Of a DNA stretch of 32,967 bases, positions 8,501 through 16,561 are shown in pieces. The position numbers were made by a program, and so were the translations under genes. The DNA comes from Planctomycetota bacterium (GTDB lineage Bacteria > Planctomycetota > Planctomycetia > Pirellulales > Pirellulaceae): NCBI GenBank assembly GCA_046045565.1, contig JBJOLO010000551.1, forward strand, positions 1 through 32,967. Direction: 5' to 3'. The first letter of the stretch is position 1. Every line of letters starts with the position of its first letter. The notes below the pieces were generated by a model. It was not told the DNA's origin. It ran no database searches and saw only the letters and a list, made by a program, of their open reading frames with translations.

Positions 8501-9334
8501 ATGCGCACGATCCTGCACATTTCCGATTTGCATTTTGGTCCCCCGTACGTGCCGCGTGTGGGGGAGGCCCTGCTACGAATGATACCGTCGCTGGAGCCGG
8601 ATGCGATTGTCGTGAGTGGCGACCTGACCCAGCGGGCCAAGCGAACGCAATTCGAGGAAGCGAGAGCCTTCCTTGACCGGCTTGGCCCGATCCCGCGTCT
8701 GGTGATCCCCGGCAATCACGATGTACCGTTATACCGCATTGCGGAACGCTTGACGAACCCGCTGGGACTTTACCGCGAGTACATCGCGTCCGAAACCGAT
8801 CAAGTGCTGCAGATGGACGGCGCCGTGCTGGTCGGGCTCGATTCCACCGCACCTTGGCAGTCGGTCACCAACGGCAGGCTGCACTCGGGCCAACTCGATT
8901 TCTGCAGCCGCGCGTTCGACGATGCGCCTGCCGACTCGATCCGCATCGTGGTGGCCCATCACCATTTCGCTCCCGCGCCCGATTACTTGCGCGACCAGAC
9001 CATGCCGCAGTCGAAGCGGGCCATCGATCGGTTTGTCGAGTTGGGTGTCGAGATGATCCTCGGTGGGCACCTCCACCGCGCCTTCATCGGAAACTCGCTC
9101 GACTTTTTCCCGGGCAACCATCGAGACCGTGGCATCATTATCGTGAATTGCGGCACGACGACGTCGCGCCGTGGTCGAGGCCGGGAGCGCGAGAAAAACT
9201 CGTTCAACCTGATTCATCTGGACGGCGATACGATCAAGATCACCCACTACATGTACTTCGACGAAGATGCCGGCTTTGGACCGATAAGCGAACATATCTT
9301 TCCGCGACCCGGCCGCCGTTTTATGCGATCGTAA
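8501..9334 (+). CDS. calcineurin-like metallophosphoesterase
   Basis: The product starts MRTILHISDLHFG at 8501. Metallophosphoesterase motifs are in the canonical order: DLH, GDLTQ, GNHD, VAHHH, GGHLH. Confidence 0.85.
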   Translation: MRTILHISDLHFGPPYVPRVGEALLRMIPSLEPDAIVVSGDLTQRAKRTQFEEARAFLDRLGPIPRLVIPGNHDVPLYRIAERLTNPLGLYREYIASETDQVLQMDGAVLVGLDSTAPWQSVTNGRLHSGQLDFCSRAFDDAPADSIRIVVAHHHFAPAPDYLRDQTMPQSKRAIDRFVELGVEMILGGHLHRAFIGNSLDFFPGNHRDRGIIIVNCGTTTSRRGRGREREKNSFNLIHLDGDTIKITHYMYFDEDAGFGPISEHIFPRPGRRFMRS

Positions 9335-9408
9335 TGCGGCTTAATTGCCCTCCACTTCGCGATGCGGACCGCGTGACCGATTAGGTGGTTCAAACGATAG
9401 GAACAACC

Positions 9409-11430
9409 ATGCGTTTCCACAGAAGTTGGTTCATAACGCTCGCGATCGGGATTGCCTTGGCTCCCGACGAAGCGTCTGCACAACCGCTCGGTCAACCCGA
9501 TCGCGCATCGCCCGGCGATGCGATGATTCAAGACTATTTGTCGCAGGAGTCCAAGGCGATCGAGGGTCGATTCCATGACGACCTTGCGTCGCTCGAGGAT
9601 TTCACGCGCCATCGTGAGAAATGGAAACGACAATACTGGGAGATGCTCGGTTTGTGGCCGTTGCCCGAACGCACGCCACTCCACGCCAAGATCACCGGCT
9701 CCATCGAAGGCGATGGTTTTGTGGTGGAGAATTTGCATTACCAAAGTCGCCCCGGTTTGTACGTCACGGCAAACCTGTATCGGCCTCGAGGTGAGGCAAG
9801 CGGAACGAAACTGCCGGCCGTGTTGTACGTGTGCGGCCACTCGGGGCGTGGACGCGATGGCAACAAAACAGCCTTCCAATCCCACGGCATCTGGTTCGCG
9901 CGGCACGGATATGTCTGTTTGATTGTCGATACCTTGCAGTTGGGTGAGATCGCAGCCACGCATCATGGTACCTACAACTTGGAGCGATGGTGGTGGCACT
10001 CGCGCGGTTACACATCGGCGGGAGTGGAATGCTGGAATGGTGTGCGCGGCATCGACTATCTGATCAGCCGCGACGACGTGGATCCGCAGCGGATCGCTGT
10101 AACGGGGATTAGCGGCGGCGGGGCGGCAACCTTTTGGATCGCTGCTGCCGATGAACGTGTCCAGGTTGCGGTGCCCGTAAGCGGCATGGCGGATTTGGAG
10201 TCGTACGTGAGCAATCGCGTCATCAATGGACATTGCGACTGCATGTTCTTTATCAACACGTATCGTTGGCCGTGGACGCGGATTGCATCGTTGATTGCTC
10301 CACGACCCATGCTGTTCGTGAATAGCGACAACGACCCGATCTTTCCCATGGATGCCAACCAGCGGATCGCGGCGAGACTCGAACGGGTTTACAGTCTCTT
10401 CGGTGCCGGCGACCGGGTTGATGCACTGGTCAGCATCGGCGGCCACGATTACCGACAAGACATTCGGCAAGCGTCGTACCGTTTTGTGAATACGCACTTG
10501 AAGCGCAACGTCGCCGATGTGACCGATTCAGAAGTCGATCTGGTAAGCGGGGCGGGCACGCAAACGGTGCATCCACTGCCGCCGGAGAAACTGCGAGCGT
10601 TTCCAACGGACGCCGATATCCCGGCGGATCAACGAAACACCACGATCGACCAATCGTTCGTGGCCATGGCCGAGCGTCCGGATAGCTCGTCCGGCTTCGC
10701 CTGGGAGGCATGGCGGGCCGAGCGAATCAAGCGATTACGAGAACTGGTGTTCGGGTATTTTCCGGATACGATTGCGGCTGCGGATAAGGTTCAGTCTGGC
10801 GAGCAGAACTCCGACGGCACGGGATGGCTCGAGACGGAATCGCCGATCATGGTGCCGGTTCAATATCTCACGAAGAATCTGGAGTCTGCCGATGAAGTGG
10901 TTCTTCTGGTCACGACCGAGGCAGTGAAAGAGATTCCCGAGGAGCTCAAATCGTTGGGCTCGAAGACAGCCGTGGTAGCGATGCAGCCTCGCGGTTTAGA
11001 CGCGGGGCGTTGGACGAAAAAGAATCCGCCCAACTACGTCGAACGCTCGTTGGTGCTCTTAGGGCGAACCGCGGACACGGGGCGGGTGTGGGATGTGATT
11101 GCCGTCGCGAAGCATTTGGCGGAGACATCGACCCGAGACCGTTCGGGACGAATGCCTCGAAAGATTCGCGTGATCGGTCGAGGTCCGGCTTCATTGTGGT
11201 CGGCGTATGCTGCGTTGCTCGACATTGCGATTGCCGAGGTCACCGTTGTTGCGCCGCCTCGTACGCACCAAGTCGCCGAAGCGCCTCAGTTTCTCAACGT
11301 GCTGCGCGTTGCCGATGTTCCCGAACTGCTGGGGATGCTGCCGCGCAAGGTGCTGACGCTCGTGGATGCCGACACGGAGCTGGTCGAGCGCGTGGGGGCA
11401 CTTCAGGAAGCGGCGAGTCGAACGAAGTAG
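9409..11430 (+). CDS. secreted alpha/beta hydrolase (acetylxylan-esterase / S9-like serine hydrolase) with an uncharacterised ~300-aa C-terminal region
   Basis: An ATG at 9409 gives a signal peptide (MRFHRSWFITLAIGIALAPDEASAQ). The nucleophile elbow is GISGGG. Candidate acid and His residues are in NSDNDPIFP and IGGHDY. Confidence 0.75.
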   Translation: MRFHRSWFITLAIGIALAPDEASAQPLGQPDRASPGDAMIQDYLSQESKAIEGRFHDDLASLEDFTRHREKWKRQYWEMLGLWPLPERTPLHAKITGSIEGDGFVVENLHYQSRPGLYVTANLYRPRGEASGTKLPAVLYVCGHSGRGRDGNKTAFQSHGIWFARHGYVCLIVDTLQLGEIAATHHGTYNLERWWWHSRGYTSAGVECWNGVRGIDYLISRDDVDPQRIAVTGISGGGAATFWIAAADERVQVAVPVSGMADLESYVSNRVINGHCDCMFFINTYRWPWTRIASLIAPRPMLFVNSDNDPIFPMDANQRIAARLERVYSLFGAGDRVDALVSIGGHDYRQDIRQASYRFVNTHLKRNVADVTDSEVDLVSGAGTQTVHPLPPEKLRAFPTDADIPADQRNTTIDQSFVAMAERPDSSSGFAWEAWRAERIKRLRELVFGYFPDTIAAADKVQSGEQNSDGTGWLETESPIMVPVQYLTKNLESADEVVLLVTTEAVKEIPEELKSLGSKTAVVAMQPRGLDAGRWTKKNPPNYVERSLVLLGRTADTGRVWDVIAVAKHLAETSTRDRSGRMPRKIRVIGRGPASLWSAYAALLDIAIAEVTVVAPPRTHQVAEAPQFLNVLRVADVPELLGMLPRKVLTLVDADTELVERVGALQEAASRTK

Positions 11431-11449
11431 CTGGAGACGGCCGTGCGTA

Positions 11450-12421
11450 TCAATTTGCAGCCATCAGTTTGCGGATGAACTCGCAAGCGGGTTGGCCTCC
11501 TCCCGATTTGCCCGTGAGGAACTCGGCGACGTAGCGCTGTTCGCCCTTTTTCTCCGGCACCGAGAAGTTATCGCCTTTTTGAAGAACGGGACGCGATTCA
11601 GGCATGTTGCCGAAATCGCGCGTGCCGGCGGCTTGGCACGGAATCCAATGTCCCTGGCCCTCGTCATCGATCAGATAGAATTCGGGATAGCAATGATCGG
11701 GGATCCACACGGTACGTGCTGGAATCTTGTTCACCCGGCACATCGCGATGAACAGGGAAGTCATTTCTTCGCAGTCGCCTGTTTTGTCTCGAAGTGCCGC
11801 CAAGGCACCTTTCAGATTTCCATTGCGATATTCGACGTGGTCGCGGACCCAATCGTAGATCGCTTCCACCTGTTCCCATGCTGTTTCCTTGCCGGCGATC
11901 GCTTCTTTCGCCGCTTTCACAATTTCGGGATGCCGCGTTTCAATATACGGGCTGGGCGCGAGGAACTTGCTGATGTCCTTGGGAAGCCGCTTGGGGATTG
12001 AGAAAACCGACGTGTCAGCAGGCGCTGCAATTTGGCTGCGCTCCACCTCATAGGTGACGAGCACCTTCGCGGTTGCGTTGGCGGGAAGATTCGGGATTTG
12101 GATCAGCATTTGTTTTACGCCGTTATCCAGAACGCGATAGTTGATCCGCGCGTAGGGCGAGACATCTTCATCGACCACTTTGACTTTTTGTTCCGGCCAG
12201 TCGGTGGGTACGGGAACAGTGGCGAGGATTTGTGCGCAGGGGCCGCCCTGAGCCGTGATGATTGCGCCGACCTGCCAGCGCTGCACACTTGGCTTGATCA
12301 GCTTCACGCCATTGGGGTTGGGGGCCAGATTGCCTGTCTTCTTCTTGTCCGCTCCCGAGGCGGAATGAATGAGGCAGGGAACGAAGGCAAGCATTGCGAC
12401 GAAGAGTGTGGCGAAACGCAC
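11450..12421 (-). CDS. secreted transglutaminase-like (papain-fold) domain protein
   Basis: A GTG start at 12421 has GGAG about 11 nt upstream. The signal peptide is MRFATLFVAMLAFVPCLIHSASG. The transglutaminase core reads TGDCEEMTSLFIAMCRVNKIPARTVWIPDHCYPEFY. Confidence 0.75.
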   Translation of the reverse strand: MRFATLFVAMLAFVPCLIHSASGADKKKTGNLAPNPNGVKLIKPSVQRWQVGAIITAQGGPCAQILATVPVPTDWPEQKVKVVDEDVSPYARINYRVLDNGVKQMLIQIPNLPANATAKVLVTYEVERSQIAAPADTSVFSIPKRLPKDISKFLAPSPYIETRHPEIVKAAKEAIAGKETAWEQVEAIYDWVRDHVEYRNGNLKGALAALRDKTGDCEEMTSLFIAMCRVNKIPARTVWIPDHCYPEFYLIDDEGQGHWIPCQAAGTRDFGNMPESRPVLQKGDNFSVPEKKGEQRYVAEFLTGKSGGGQPACEFIRKLMAAN

Positions 12422-12453
12422 GGATCAGACTCCGGACAGAGGGGAAGATACGA

Positions 12454-12479
12454 GAATCAGAGTCGTTGGTCTCTGATTC
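12454..12479. promoter_or_regulatory. perfect 9-bp inverted repeat (GAATCAGAG-N8-CTCTGATTC) in the leader or promoter region of the transglutaminase-like gene
   Basis: Read directly from the sequence: arms at 12454-12462 and 12471-12479. It lies 33-58 nt upstream of the GTG at 12421. Confidence 0.5.
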
Positions 12480-12503
12480 CAGTGTAATCCGGATCGTGAT
12501 CTT

Positions 12504-12568
12504 GCAAACAAAAAACGTCTGCCGTCTCGATGTGCGTCAGGATTCACACATCGCAAACGGCAGACGTT
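12504..12568 (-). terminator. Rho-independent terminator (long hairpin plus T-tract on the minus strand)
   Basis: The 12-bp perfect outer stem is AACGTCTGCCGT (12514-12525) paired with ACGGCAGACGTT (12557-12568), with an inner GATGTG/CACATC pairing. On the minus strand it is followed by TTTTTTGTTTG (+ strand A-run 12506-12515). It lies downstream of the small lipoprotein gene. Confidence 0.8.
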
Positions 12569-12678
12569 CAGGTTGTTCGGTTCAGGAGGGGAGATGATGC
12601 CGCAGCGTTAGCAGCATTCGTTGTTCGAACGGTTACGTCGAGACACGAACTGCGACGCGGTCGGCAACCTCCTGGATG

Positions 12679-12891
12679 CTACGGATTAGGCAGCACCTCG
12701 AGCCTGTTGCTGTTGATCGGACCAGCCGGCAAACCTTGCATAGCCGGAATTCCCTGCAGAATCCCGCTATTGCAAGAACTCGTGCAGCTCTCGCAACAAT
12801 CGCCGTTGCGATTTCCACCGAAGAGCCGGCATCCACTCACCGTGCTCATGATCAGCATACTCAGCGTGATCAGCATAAAAAACTTTTTCAT
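12679..12891 (-). CDS. small Cys/Ser/Thr-rich lipoprotein (70 aa)
   Basis: An ATG at 12891 is preceded by a strong GGAGGGA. The signal peptide carries a lipobox (MKKFFMLITLSMLIMSTVSG|C). The mature part contains DCCESCTSSCNS. The gene has its own downstream terminator. Confidence 0.65.
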   Translation of the reverse strand: MKKFFMLITLSMLIMSTVSGCRLFGGNRNGDCCESCTSSCNSGILQGIPAMQGLPAGPINSNRLEVLPNP

Positions 12892-13225
12892 GGCATTTCC
12901 CTCCGCTATGAACCCTTCAAACAGAACATCCAACTGATGTGAGCCAAGGAACTCTACATCACGGTCAACGTTGTGCAAATGAAACTGTGGATTTTTTTCA
13001 ACATGGCACGTTGCCTTGCGTCAACACTCAGGAAACGCGGTGCAGAATTCGATGATGTAGTCAGGGGTTGCGGATGCAGAGTGCAACTCCTGCGCGATGG
13101 CATCTCGTTGCTTCGGGTTAGGCGATCGGGGATGAGTATCGAGCGACCGTGTAAGCTGTATTAAGTCCATGCAGAACGATTGTGACGGTCATTCCAAATA
13201 GAGAGCGAATACGGATCGAATCGGA

Positions 13226-14251
13226 ATGAGATCTTTCGTAACGACAAAACGTCGCCGACGCCTGGTAGCTGCGCTCCTGGCAATGGTACTCGTGAACGTC
13301 GTTGCGTCTTTGCGCGGCGAAGACGGCGAATGCGGATGGGATAACACGCTGCGGCAGCAGGACGAGTTCTGGATCGCGAGCACTCGGCAGTTATGCGACC
13401 TGCCGCCTCCCGGCGCGGAACCGGAAATCGCATGGCAGCGGTACCGCGCGGAAGGCCAACCGGAACCGTCCACTTCCGATCAGTTTGTTCAGGGTGCCGC
13501 GCAGACTATCACCGTTTTTTATGTGCCCGGAAATCGGATTGCGAATGAAGAGGCGGAACGACGAGCATGGCGTTTGTACGGCGTGCTGAAAGCGGCATCT
13601 GACGAGCAGCCGCTGCGGGTGGTGCTCTGGTCCTGGCCAAGCGACAAGATCAAAGGACAGCGGGCAGACGTGCGGGTGAAGTCGGAGCGAACGGTACCCG
13701 AGAGTTTTTACCTCGGCTCCGTGCTTCGCCGATTCGGTGCGCAGGAAAAAGTCAGTTTGATTGGCTACAGTTTCGGCGCGAGAATCATCTGCGGTGCGCT
13801 GCACCTCGCTTCGGGTGGGACGATCGACAGCCTGTCGCTGGTTACAGAATCACGTGATGAGGCTCGTTCCGACCCCCGCTTCCGCGTATTGCTCATGGCG
13901 GCTGCTTCCCCCAGTTCGTGGCTGTTGCCCCAGGGGTTGCACCAAGGGGCACTTAGCAAAGTGGAGCGGATGTTGATCCTCTACAACCCGAATGATGCGG
14001 CTCTCAAGCACTTCCACATGATCGATCCCGATAAACAACGGGCTCTCGGATTTGTTGGGCTCGATAGCCGTCGCCTGGAGAGGGGGAGTGCGGCAACGGA
14101 CGAGAGCGGTATGGAGGACCCGCCGCGGGTTAGCCAGCGCCCGGTGCATTTGGAGATCGGCAACGCGCACGATGAAAACCGCTATTACTCGTCGCGAAGG
14201 ATTCTCGAAGAATTGCAGCGCTACGGGCTGTGGGGTCCGCCCAATCCTTGA
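13226..14251 (+). CDS. membrane-anchored or secreted alpha/beta hydrolase, DUF900-like
   Basis: The N-terminus is basic and hydrophobic (MRSFVTTKRRRRLVAALLAMVLVNVVA). The pattern FYVPGN...LWSWPSD...LIGYSFGARI (GxSxG) matches my memory of the PF05990-type esterase-like family. Confidence 0.65.
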   Translation: MRSFVTTKRRRRLVAALLAMVLVNVVASLRGEDGECGWDNTLRQQDEFWIASTRQLCDLPPPGAEPEIAWQRYRAEGQPEPSTSDQFVQGAAQTITVFYVPGNRIANEEAERRAWRLYGVLKAASDEQPLRVVLWSWPSDKIKGQRADVRVKSERTVPESFYLGSVLRRFGAQEKVSLIGYSFGARIICGALHLASGGTIDSLSLVTESRDEARSDPRFRVLLMAAASPSSWLLPQGLHQGALSKVERMLILYNPNDAALKHFHMIDPDKQRALGFVGLDSRRLERGSAATDESGMEDPPRVSQRPVHLEIGNAHDENRYYSSRRILEELQRYGLWGPPNP

Positions 14252-14285
14252 ACGGATAACGCTGCTACCGTGACCCCGCGGTTAC

Positions 14286-14364
14286 AGGATTGAGCGCTGG
14301 ACGGATTAAGCACTCGAAGTATTGAGCACCCGACGGATTGAGCGATCTACGGATTCGGGCCGAT
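14286..14364 (+). repeat. five head-to-tail degenerate ~16-nt units with an (A/C)GGATT(G/A)AGC core
   Basis: Units are at 14286-14300, 14301-14317, 14318-14332, 14333-14348 and 14349-14364. A related acGGATAACGC sits at 14253. The array lies in a convergent intergenic region. Confidence 0.75.
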
Positions 14365-14366
14365 AC

Positions 14367-14406
14367 GCCTGATGCACACGTCGGGGCAAATGCGTGGGCA
14401 TCAGGC
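14367..14406. terminator. strong hairpin between convergent genes (possible bidirectional terminator, no clear U-tract)
   Basis: GCCTGATGC (14367-14375) pairs with GCATCAGGC (14398-14406), with an inner CACG/CGTG pairing. Confidence 0.45.
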
Positions 14407-14518
14407 ATGCGAATCGAGGTCGGTGGCGGACACCGAGTCGTTGCAACGGGTGGTGATTCGCTGAGCCGCATGTTGTCGTGGCTCAGTGATTCCACGAGCG
14501 AGTAACAGCAGGGTTGTA

Positions 14519-15538
14519 TTACTGGAGCGCATGGACGCTCGGTTTTAGTCCGCCCACGGCGCCGTTAAATCGGAATGGACTCGCCTTAAACGTCCCGACG
14601 ATGTCGACCTTGGTGTTGGGGCCGATCTTGTCTTCGAGTCCGACGGCCCAATAGCTGGCGTTCACCAGCAAGCGACGCACGCCTTCGTTTTCGAAATCCT
14701 GTGACGCGCCCATCGTCGTGCAGAACACGCGGGAAGTTTTTCCTTCTTTGCCCTTGTACGATTTCGTCCAGGCAACGGGCATCATCGGCGAATTCTTCGC
14801 GCCCTCGACCGGCTTGTCGGTTTTGCTCATGCCGGAGAGTACCTGGCCCATCACCAGAGGCAGGCTGTCATCGGGCAGAGGCAACCGCACGCCGTACACG
14901 TCCGTCGGCCCCCAAACGTCGCCATCGCGAATGCCGCGGAGAATGGGATGCGATTCCTGGCCCTTGGCAATCAAACCCAAGGTGCTCTCCTTGCCGTGGT
15001 TTCCATGATGGCTGATCCATGTTTCGCCGAGCACGACTCGACCGAAGCCGCCTTTGGTTTCGCCGTGATTCCAGGAGTAGTGCGGATAGGCTTTGCTGCC
15101 CGAGAGATTAAACGCATGCGTCGCCGTCCGCAGACCGATCACCGGGCGACCCGACTCCACATAATCGACGATATGCTTCAACTGCGCGTCGGGCAGATCG
15201 CGAAATCGCGTGAAAATAATCATCAGGTCGGCACTGGCCAGTGATTCCAGACCGGGAATGTTGTTGTTGACGTTCGGATTAATCGTTCCGTCTTTGGGGT
15301 CGATCGCAAACAGTACGGTGCATTTGAAACCGTGTTGCTGAGACAAGATCTTGCCGAGCTGAGGCAGCGTTTCCTCCGAGCGATATTCCTCGTCGCCGCT
15401 GATCAACACCACGTGTTTGCCCTTGCCGGGCCCTTCGCCGCCGGGATAGACCACCCACGAATCCTCGCTCATGGCCGTAGCGATTGGTAACGCCATCAAT
15501 ATCCCGACCACAAACACGATTCCCTTGCCTCGCATCAT
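14519..15538 (-). CDS. secreted ThuA-like (class I glutamine-amidotransferase-like fold) protein
   Basis: An ATGATG start at 15538 has AAGGAG upstream. The signal peptide is MMRGKGIVFVVGILMALPIATAMS. The core (KHVVLISGDEEYRSEETLP...ADLMIIFTRFRDLP...GRPVIGLRTATHAF) resembles ThuA-domain proteins. Confidence 0.6.
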   Translation of the reverse strand: MMRGKGIVFVVGILMALPIATAMSEDSWVVYPGGEGPGKGKHVVLISGDEEYRSEETLPQLGKILSQQHGFKCTVLFAIDPKDGTINPNVNNNIPGLESLASADLMIIFTRFRDLPDAQLKHIVDYVESGRPVIGLRTATHAFNLSGSKAYPHYSWNHGETKGGFGRVVLGETWISHHGNHGKESTLGLIAKGQESHPILRGIRDGDVWGPTDVYGVRLPLPDDSLPLVMGQVLSGMSKTDKPVEGAKNSPMMPVAWTKSYKGKEGKTSRVFCTTMGASQDFENEGVRRLLVNASYWAVGLEDKIGPNTKVDIVGTFKASPFRFNGAVGGLKPSVHALQ

Positions 15539-15849
15539 CGTTGACTCCTTAAGGTGCTTCTTGAACGACGGAATGCGATTAACGTACTCTGGAAACGTAG
15601 CCGATTCCAGTTGCCTCGCAGGGTTTCCGTCGCGGAAAAGGCGGGGCGAACTGCTCCCTTTGCGTCCGGCCCGTGGGCAGGGTAGCTTGGGGAAGGCGTC
15701 AGCATTTCCAGTCGCTTGGCCAACCCTTCGACGATGTGCCACTCTTGAACGGATTGGCTCGCTTCGACGCAGTGGCTCAGTAGCCCCTTTGAGGAGCAGG
15801 CCCGTTTAACGGAGCAGCCGGCTGCGTGTCGGCGGCAGCGTAACGCGGG

Positions 15850-15891
15850 ATGCCCGACTGAGTATGCCCGACTGAGTATGCCCGACTAAGG
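15850..15891 (+). repeat. three tandem 14-nt units (ATGCCCGACTGAGT x2 and ATGCCCGACTAAGG) ending exactly at the next gene's ATG
   Basis: Read directly from the sequence: units at 15850-15863, 15864-15877 and 15878-15891. Each unit encodes ATG-CCC-GAC-stop. Confidence 0.9.
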
Positions 15892-16359
15892 ATGAACAGC
15901 TGGAGACTGCTGCCAACCAGGAGCGGCGAAGTGAATACGTTTACGATCAACTCGATTGTGTGTCCCAGCTGCACGGCCGACCTCGCGGTGGAGTTGGAAT
16001 CATGCCCGCATTGCGGCAGCGCGACCCTGGATTGCGGTCCGAGCGCGAGGATCGCTGCGAGCTCAGCGTTTGTCGATCCGCCGGCTAGCGAGCGGTCCGC
16101 AAAGCCTGATGAGGTCCCGATCGCAGCTCGAAAATCAAGCATGCTCGATCAACCGGCCGTCATGCTGGCCTTTCTCTTTCTCGCGTCGTTGTTTCTGGGA
16201 TTGCCTTTTCTCTGGCGTAGCCAAGCCTTCCGCACGCCCGCAAAACTGCTGATCACCGTGCTCGTTCTACTCGAGACAGCGGTGATATTCACGGCCTTCG
16301 GCCTGATCATGGTCTGGTGCTGGAACCGTATTCAAGGCTTAGCCGGTACGCTGGGCTGA
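15892..16359 (+). CDS. zinc-ribbon membrane protein (hypothetical)
   Basis: A CxxC...CxxC zinc ribbon (CPSCTADLAVELESCPHCGS) is followed by two predicted TM helices (AVMLAFLFLASLFLGLPFLW and LLITVLVLLETAVIFTAFGLIMVW). Confidence 0.55.
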   Translation: MNSWRLLPTRSGEVNTFTINSIVCPSCTADLAVELESCPHCGSATLDCGPSARIAASSAFVDPPASERSAKPDEVPIAARKSSMLDQPAVMLAFLFLASLFLGLPFLWRSQAFRTPAKLLITVLVLLETAVIFTAFGLIMVWCWNRIQGLAGTLG

Positions 16360-16409
16360 AAACGTTAGCGCAGCTGCTTCTTTCGATCTTAAGGCAATGC
16401 CGACCAGTC

Positions 16410-16483
16410 TGCCTGTTTTTCCAGGTCGGGGTGGGTGTCTGTAGGCGAGCCCCGGGTTCCTCAATTCCAAGACACACACGTTT
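16410..16483 (+). repeat. copy A of a ~75-bp direct repeat
   Basis: The sequence is tgcctgtttttccaggtcggggtgggtgtctgtaggcgagccccgggttcctcaattccaagacacacacgttt. It is near-identical to copy B, which lies 152 bp downstream. Confidence 0.85.
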
Positions 16484-16514
16484 AGCCTTGGCTGGATCGG
16501 CCGGGTTCGTGAAT

Positions 16515-16529
16515 GTGTGTGTCTTGGAA
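16515..16529 (-). repeat. inverted copy of the repeat core TTCCAAGACACACAC
   Basis: gtgtgtgtcttggaa (16515-16529) is the exact reverse complement of 16465-16479. The two can form a 15-bp perfect stem, about 19 bp with wobbles. TGGTTTTAG follows on the + strand. Confidence 0.8.
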
Positions 16530-16561
16530 ATGGTTTTAGATCGCGTCGGCGCCCGCCCGCT

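Noticed and set aside
8442-8852. N-terminal extensions are suggested by the ORF track: 7509-8852, 8339-9334, 5753-6784, 14519-15742, 19907-20383 and 25475-26530.
   Set aside because: The extensions overlap neighbouring genes or intergenic DNA and are compositionally junk. Internal ATGs give proper N-termini (signal peptides or conserved family starts), often with an SD.
12948-12972. A second ECF-like motif, GGAAC-N16-CGTT, lies on the + strand about 254 nt upstream of the DUF900-like gene. A third, GGAAC-N17-CGTT, lies at 23985-24010.
   Set aside because: The third hit is inside the S1 protease coding region. A rough base-composition estimate predicts a few such matches per window by chance. 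Without a positional argument these two are not credible promoters. Only the hit directly upstream of the sigma gene was kept.
12973-13164. A 63-aa ORF lies in the divergent intergenic region between the small lipoprotein gene and the DUF900-like gene.
   Set aside because: It has a GTG start without an SD, an R/C/L-rich translation and no motif. It lies in what must be promoter and leader DNA for both flanking genes.
14247-15756. The 11-mer cttgaacggat occurs on both sides of the ThuA-like gene (about 14247 and about 15746), which looked like possible target-site or terminal direct repeats of an inserted element.
   Set aside because: Exact 11-mer pairs are expected many times by chance in 33 kb. 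There is no transposase, integrase or inverted terminal repeat nearby.
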